Below are positions 26,981 through 32,202 of a stretch of DNA of 32,202 nt, piece after piece. The translations under genes and the position numbers were made by a program. The notes beneath the pieces are model-generated. The model made no database searches. It was not told the origin of the DNA and saw only the letters and a list, made by a program, of their open reading frames with translations. The number at the start of each line of letters is the position of its first letter. Position 1 is the stretch's first letter. The DNA is taken from positions 111,565 to 143,766 of the forward strand of contig JAHPZI010000007.1 of the NCBI GenBank assembly GCA_019058295.1. The letters run 5' to 3'. Origin of the DNA: Promethearchaeota archaeon (GTDB lineage Archaea > Asgardarchaeota > Lokiarchaeia > Sigyniarchaeales > SOKP01).

Positions 26981-28090
26981 TTGAAGAAAAAAAATATTTG
27001 TTGTTGGGATTTAGAAGGCCCGATATCTGTGTTAGATTTCGCAGCCGAAATTGGAAGGATTTTAAGTAAGAAACCTGAATTAAATTTACAAAATTACAAT
27101 ATGGGCGATTTTTTTTTCATGATTTCAAACTACGATGATTATCTCATTGATACTCCAGGAGTTAAAGAAAAATTAGGGATTCCAGAATATCAACCAGGGG
27201 ATACTCTTAGAATTATGGCTCCCTTATATGTAGCATGTTTTACAGATGAAGAACTAATAAATTTTGCTCGAAAAAATCTTGGATTACTCCCTGATAGTAA
27301 AGAATTAATGGTAAATTTACATAAGAACTGGAATATATTTGTTATATCAACAAGTTATACTCACTTTGCTCATAATGTAACTAGTGTTTTAAATATCCCA
27401 AAAGATCATGTATATTGTACAGATTTAAATATAAAAGAATTAAAAAAAGACTTAACAACTATCGAAAAAAGTGTAGATCTTCTGGTAAGAGACATATTTC
27501 AAAAATATGAAAATAATAATAAAAAACTTGAAACTGTTATTGAAGATTTAAACCACTTTTTTTGGAAAGGTATAGAATCCGATTATATTAAAGTAATGAA
27601 TAGAGTGAAAGTTAGGGGAGGAAAAAGAAAAGAGCTAGCAGTAGAAGAAATCTCTGAGAGAACCAATGTACCTATCTCGGATATGATTGCATTAGGTGAT
27701 TCTATCACCGATATCAACATGCTTCAAAGATTAAATGATGACGGGGGAATTGCTGTTTCGTTTAATGGAAATCGATTCAGTGCTGAACGTGCTAATGTTG
27801 TAGCCACTACACCAAATAACCTTGGAGTTTTACCTATTTTTGAATCAAAGACCGATATTGAGCAATTCCTCGAAGATTGGGAAGCTGAATATAATAGCTT
27901 TAAAAATAGTCCTAAAAAAATACCTAATGGATTAATTTCAAAACAGTCTAAGGATTATATGATTCATTATAATTTTGTTCCTGAACTTAGGAATTTAAAA
28001 AACAAATCAGAAGCGCAGAAAAAAGAAATTATATCTCGGCAAGAAAAAATGCGCAAACTTGTAAGAGGTTGGGCCGGAAATCTAGGTTAA
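26981..28090 (+). CDS. HAD-superfamily hydrolase (EhaR/COG4030-like)
   Basis: WDLEGP (motif I), ISNYDDYL, YQPGDTL, ISTSY (motif II), GDSITD (motif IV) and VSFNGN. Confidence 0.8.
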   Translation: MKKKNICCWDLEGPISVLDFAAEIGRILSKKPELNLQNYNMGDFFFMISNYDDYLIDTPGVKEKLGIPEYQPGDTLRIMAPLYVACFTDEELINFARKNLGLLPDSKELMVNLHKNWNIFVISTSYTHFAHNVTSVLNIPKDHVYCTDLNIKELKKDLTTIEKSVDLLVRDIFQKYENNNKKLETVIEDLNHFFWKGIESDYIKVMNRVKVRGGKRKELAVEEISERTNVPISDMIALGDSITDINMLQRLNDDGGIAVSFNGNRFSAERANVVATTPNNLGVLPIFESKTDIEQFLEDWEAEYNSFKNSPKKIPNGLISKQSKDYMIHYNFVPELRNLKNKSEAQKKEIISRQEKMRKLVRGWAGNLG

Positions 28091-28110
28091 ATTTTTATTT
28101 TTATTCCTTT

Positions 28111-28707
28111 TTATTGAATAGGAAAATGCTTCTTATAATATTTTATTCCAAAATAAAAATATCGCAATTTCTTAATACACTTTCTAATTATAATGCTAAC
28201 AATAAAACATATAAGAATAATTAATATGTAATGAAAAATGGGTTGAACATTCAAAATCGATAAGAAAAATACAAAATAACTTAGAAAAAATATTGAAATA
28301 ACTATATTAAGAATGTAAAAATCAGTCATTTTCTTACTATATGATAAAAACTCGTTAATTTTTATTTTTTCATAACAATCACAGCAAATTAAAGGCATTT
28401 CAACATCGTAAGTTTCTTTATAATAAATTTTGTGGATAATAGAGAGCATTCTATCAATTTTTTTTCCACATAATCTACATAAATATCCTTTTTTTAACCC
28501 TCTGTTAAAAATTTCATCTATTCTTGTTTTTGAAAAATAACATTCATTATTCTCGTAATGGGAACATGTTTTACAAGTTAATTCAGCGTCTAAATATAAA
28601 TCTTCAAAATAATCGCAAGGTCTAATTAAATGATCGTAATTGGAGTGATTTTTACAAATTACTCGCCCTTTTTCATCAATTTCAAACGAAAGTTCTTCAT
28701 TTCCCAT
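28111..28707 (-). CDS. Cys-rich hypothetical protein with two C-terminal TM helices
   Basis: CKNH, CKTC..C, CRLC and CCDC, followed by two hydrophobic helices and a basic tail. Confidence 0.7.
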   Translation of the reverse strand: MGNEELSFEIDEKGRVICKNHSNYDHLIRPCDYFEDLYLDAELTCKTCSHYENNECYFSKTRIDEIFNRGLKKGYLCRLCGKKIDRMLSIIHKIYYKETYDVEMPLICCDCYEKIKINEFLSYSKKMTDFYILNIVISIFFLSYFVFFLSILNVQPIFHYILIILICFIVSIIIRKCIKKLRYFYFGIKYYKKHFPIQ

Positions 28708-28855
28708 TTTTATAAATTAGAGTTTAATTTATGATTAATTTAAACCCTGAATATATTAAAATCATTCTTAAATTAAATTTATAGAGACGATATAAGAATT
28801 TAAATATGAACTTATTTATAATAATAAAGGAAATGAAAATGTTACAGGATATATA

Positions 28856-29689
28856 ATGTTTGAATATATAAAAGAGACAGAAAGGTATTATCATATATTA
28901 AATGAAACTGACGCTAATGGATTGACTAATATTGTTAAAAAATGGAATAAATCTTTTAATATAGGAGAAATAATCCCTTACAAGCCAATATTATATGACA
29001 ATCATATAGTTATCGAAGAAAAAAAAATATCTAGAATAGGAATAAAAATAGATAAAAATTGCCCTAAAATCCCAAAAGAGATAAATGAGTTTAGAAATTT
29101 AAAACACCTCTATATCTACTTGAATGATTTAGATTTAAATTTTGAGGCACCACAAACAATATCTCCTAATATTGAAACCTTATATGTTTTTATACATGGG
29201 AATAAAGAGAAGTATTATATTAATCATCTTAACTGTCTGCCAAATCTAATATTATTATTCATATATAGTGAAGGGAAGAGATGGCTATCCGATCCAAAAA
29301 CATTTACTCCGTATACAAAACCTCTGATAGTACTTCCGGAGAATATTTGTACCTTAAGAAAATTGGAATACCTCAAAATTGGATTCTGTAATATTAAACA
29401 TTTGCCTGAGTCATTAAATAACTTAGCCCATTTAAAAAGACTAATAATAAATGGCTCAAACCTAAAGCGTCTACCCGAGCAGATTCTTAATCTAAAATCT
29501 ATTGAAACCTTGAATTTAGAAAACACATATTTAGAAGTTCTTCCGAAATCACTTTTAAGCAATAAAAGCATAAGATCTTTTACTTGCGAACCTTATTTAA
29601 TAACGGAAGAAATAAAAAAATGGATAGAAGCTCGAGAGCTTATACCTTTCGGTGAAAAGGGGTATAAAGAGATACTTTTTTTTGATTAA
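28856..29689 (+). CDS. Leucine-rich repeat protein
   Basis: 23-aa LRRs: LPENICTLRKLEYLKIGFCNIKH, LPESLNNLAHLKRLIINGSNLKR and LPEQILNLKSIETLNLENTYLEV. Confidence 0.88.
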   Translation: MFEYIKETERYYHILNETDANGLTNIVKKWNKSFNIGEIIPYKPILYDNHIVIEEKKISRIGIKIDKNCPKIPKEINEFRNLKHLYIYLNDLDLNFEAPQTISPNIETLYVFIHGNKEKYYINHLNCLPNLILLFIYSEGKRWLSDPKTFTPYTKPLIVLPENICTLRKLEYLKIGFCNIKHLPESLNNLAHLKRLIINGSNLKRLPEQILNLKSIETLNLENTYLEVLPKSLLSNKSIRSFTCEPYLITEEIKKWIEARELIPFGEKGYKEILFFD

Positions 29690-29933
29690 ATTAGTCTTAA
29701 GTTATATATCAAAATTTTTATCCTAAGATGGTTTTCTTTCTTTATTTTTAGTTAAATATATGGAGTTAATAGTTAAGTTTCATAAGAATATAAATAACTG
29801 AACCGAAATTAGAAGATGAATGGATTGATTAATTTTTTCTATATAAAATAAAAGCTTTTAATACACTAGTATGTTATTTTTATCTATCATTTAAAATAAA
29901 TGATTAAAAAAAAATAAAAAGATAGGTTGATAA

Positions 29934-30371
29934 GTGATGGTTGATATGGCGCTTGCGGCAGAAGTTAAAGCACTTAGAGATAAGGGTTTGGGCGATGACC
30001 CAAAGTTAGTTCTCAAGATTTTTGAACTTATGAAGCAAGCATCAGCAGAGATTGAAGACTTACAGGAAGAATTAGAAGATATTGATGAATTTATTGGACA
30101 AATGGTGGTTGAAGACAAAGGTTTTAAGTGGTGGGTCAAAATAGGAGACGGAAATTTTGACTATGGCGAGGGTGAGACATCCGATCCATCTTTCACTATG
30201 AGCGCAAATTGGGAGACTATGGGAGGTCTTATGTCAGGCGAAGTTGATGGAACGAGCGCTTACATGAGCGGGGACTTAAAGATTGAAGGTAACCTTCAAG
30301 ATACAATGGCCTATGGTGAATATTTAGCGTTCGCAGCAGAAACTATGTCAGAGATGGATCCTGATAAATAA
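29934..30371 (+). CDS. SCP2 sterol/lipid-binding domain protein
   Basis: WWVKIGDG..GE...PSFTMS...LMSGEVDGTSAYMSGDLKIEGNL. The true start may be 29937 or 29946. Confidence 0.88.
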   Translation: MMVDMALAAEVKALRDKGLGDDPKLVLKIFELMKQASAEIEDLQEELEDIDEFIGQMVVEDKGFKWWVKIGDGNFDYGEGETSDPSFTMSANWETMGGLMSGEVDGTSAYMSGDLKIEGNLQDTMAYGEYLAFAAETMSEMDPDK

Positions 30372-30398
30372 TCTTATAATGAGTTTAATAACAAAAAT

Positions 30399-30448
30399 TA
30401 TTCTTTTTTTTTGCTTGGTTTTTTAATTCTTTTCTTTTTTTTATTTTT
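30399..30448 (+). terminator. Oligo-T (archaeal-type) terminator of the SCP2 gene
   Basis: Several consecutive T runs of 4-9 nt starting ~30 nt after the stop codon. Confidence 0.55.
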
Positions 30449-30666
30449 AAAAAAGGAAAATAAAAATATCGAATTCAAGTTCGTTCATTATTCGATCAAA
30501 TATATTCAGTATACATAGATTTTTTTATATTTAATGATTTGGTTAAATTAGTCAAAAAATCTATTAAATTTTAAAATAATTCTTAATTTCGAGAGTAAGA
30601 TCAAAGATTTCTTCATTTTTTTTATGAATAATATAAATTTAATGAAATCTAAGTGAAGTGAATTAA

Positions 30667-32202
30667 ATGACAAGGGAGGAATCGGAGGAGGAATTAAAAG
30701 GATTTAAAAAAAAATATGAAAGAATCATTAAACATTTGGATATTGGTTATTTTAAATCTGATGCTAATGGAATTATATTAGATCATAATCCTAGCTTTAG
30801 CAGAATATTGGGTTACGATCCTAATGAGAATTTAGTAGGAGTCTCATCTACAGACTTATGGGCTAATCCTGAAGATTTTAATAATTATCTACAGGAATTA
30901 ATTGAAAAAAGGAGTTTAGAAAGTTATATACACAAAGCAAGAAAGAAAAATGGAGAAATTATTATTTTGAACACCCATTCACACGTATATTTTAATAAAG
31001 AAAAAAATACATTTGAAGCAGAAGGCACTATCTTCGATATTACTGAGAAATACGTTTTAGAGCAAAAATTAAAAGAATCTGAAAAAAATTATAGAAATAT
31101 TATAGAAAATGCTCAAGATGCTATAGTTATATTTGGATTTGATGGAAAACTTAAATATACTTCTCCTCAATTAAGTAAGATGTTGGGAAGAGACATAGAA
31201 CTTGGAACTAGAGCTTTTGAGGGTATCCATCCAGATGACCAAAAAGTTTTGGTTGAAGCTTTTGAAAAAGCCGTTAGAGAAAAAGGGACTTATACAAATG
31301 AGGATTTCGAATTTAGAGCTATTCATAACAATGGTCACTATATTTGGTTATCAAGTTCAACGAAAAATTACTATGATGATGAGGGAAATCTGGATGGGTT
31401 TATCGCATTATTAAAAGATATTACAGACAAAAAAGAAGCACAGAAAAAATTATTGGAATCTGAGACCAAGTATAAAAATATTATTGAGAATTCCAAAGAT
31501 GCAATTGTTATAATAGGTCTTGACGGAAAGTTTAAATACATTTCTCCTCAATTATCCAAAATGGTGGGTAGAGAAGTTAATCTCGAAACTGAATTATTAT
31601 CCAATATTCATCCAGAGGATCAAAATATTTTAATAGAATTGTACTCTAATGCTGTAAAAGAAAAAGGCGTTCTGACAGGTCAAGATGTCGAATTTCGCAC
31701 ATTGCATAATGATGGATATTATATATGGTTGTCTAGCTCTTCGAAAAATTATTATGATGATGAGGGAAATGTAATAGGGTTCATTACATTATTAAGGGAT
31801 GTTACTGATAAAAAAGAAGCTGAACAAAAATTAAGAGAATCGGAAAAAAAATATAGAGAAATCCTCGATAATCTAGAACAAGGCTATTATGAGGTAGATA
31901 TCAGGGGAAATTATACATTAGCAAATGAATATTTTGCTAAATATTACGGAACCACACCAGATGAAATGATTGGGAAGAACTATAAAGAATTTTTAAATAA
32001 GGAAGCAGAAAATAATCTGTTTAAGGTATATAATAAAATTTATAGAGAAAATATTCCAAAAATGACGCGCCAATTTGAAATTACAGATCGAGATGGATTA
32101 AAACACGCTTTTGAATTAATAATTTATTTAAAACGCGATTCGAATGATAAAAAAATTGGCTTTTATGGTACATTATATGATATTTCAGAAAGAAAAAAAT
32201 GG
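30667..32202 (+). CDS. Multi-PAS/PAC sensor protein, 3'-truncated by the window edge (not in the ORF track)
   Basis: Frame is open from ATG 30667 (MTREESEEELKGFKKKYERII...) to the window end. Four PAS-PAC units end in DITE, DITD, DVTD and DISE and are linked by K(L)xESExKYR-type coils. Probably a histidine kinase, but the output domain is not visible. Confidence 0.92.
   Translation, partial: MTREESEEELKGFKKKYERIIKHLDIGYFKSDANGIILDHNPSFSRILGYDPNENLVGVSSTDLWANPEDFNNYLQELIEKRSLESYIHKARKKNGEIIILNTHSHVYFNKEKNTFEAEGTIFDITEKYVLEQKLKESEKNYRNIIENAQDAIVIFGFDGKLKYTSPQLSKMLGRDIELGTRAFEGIHPDDQKVLVEAFEKAVREKGTYTNEDFEFRAIHNNGHYIWLSSSTKNYYDDEGNLDGFIALLKDITDKKEAQKKLLESETKYKNIIENSKDAIVIIGLDGKFKYISPQLSKMVGREVNLETELLSNIHPEDQNILIELYSNAVKEKGVLTGQDVEFRTLHNDGYYIWLSSSSKNYYDDEGNVIGFITLLRDVTDKKEAEQKLRESEKKYREILDNLEQGYYEVDIRGNYTLANEYFAKYYGTTPDEMIGKNYKEFLNKEAENNLFKVYNKIYRENIPKMTRQFEITDRDGLKHAFELIIYLKRDSNDKKIGFYGTLYDISERKKW

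Noticed and set aside
13801-29811. Recurrent CCGAAATT in intergenic regions (~13803, ~25508, ~29803)
   Set aside because: Short, non-palindromic, at inconsistent distances from start codons, and upstream of unrelated genes.
6171-31414. The remaining short nested or antisense ORFs in the track (e.g. 6171, 6692, 7384, 9199, 11200, 13295, 13829, 14603, 16503, 19066, 24934, 29224, 29891, 31202)
   Set aside because: All overlap longer genes with recognisable families. The 31202 ORF is an off-frame shadow inside the PAS gene.
1-32202. tRNA, rRNA, CRISPR arrays, transposases
   Set aside because: No GC-rich structured RNA segments, regularly spaced repeats or transposase/integrase motifs were seen.

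Overview
A very AT-rich, gene-dense prokaryotic window with about 26 protein-coding genes. I found no rRNA, tRNA, CRISPR array or transposase. The gene content points to an Asgard archaeon, most likely Lokiarchaeia/Promethearchaeota (inference): two Rab-like small GTPases without prenylation motifs, a longin-like protein, HEAT, LRR and SCP2 proteins, a multi-PAS sensor, an ADP-forming acyl-CoA ligase alpha chain, TATA-like boxes and oligo-T tracts. Housekeeping and metabolic genes include purD, trmJ, an acyl-CoA dehydrogenase, a GH36-like glycosidase, an MFS transporter, GNAT and AT3 acyltransferases and a HAD hydrolase. Five things stand out. (1) An overlapping gene pair (2652-5112) encodes three TM-hairpin plus left-handed beta-helix modules, only one of which keeps the putative catalytic His; it resembles a split Pls/NRPS terminal domain with no A-T module. 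(2) A PRTase-CE-like gene (8944-10734) sits in a degraded accessory patch between an intact RHH gene and an unannotated truncated paralog of it. (3) The RHH gene and a TFIIB/cyclin-fold-like gene are divergent around a nested palindromic promoter. (4) A strictly spaced CxxC-x26-H..H-x6-DxNF domain occurs three times, once fused to a longin-like domain and twice in tandem next to an atypical Rab-like GTPase. (5) The acyl-CoA dehydrogenase has a winged-helix-like C-terminal tail. All family assignments come from motif recognition by eye; no searches were run.
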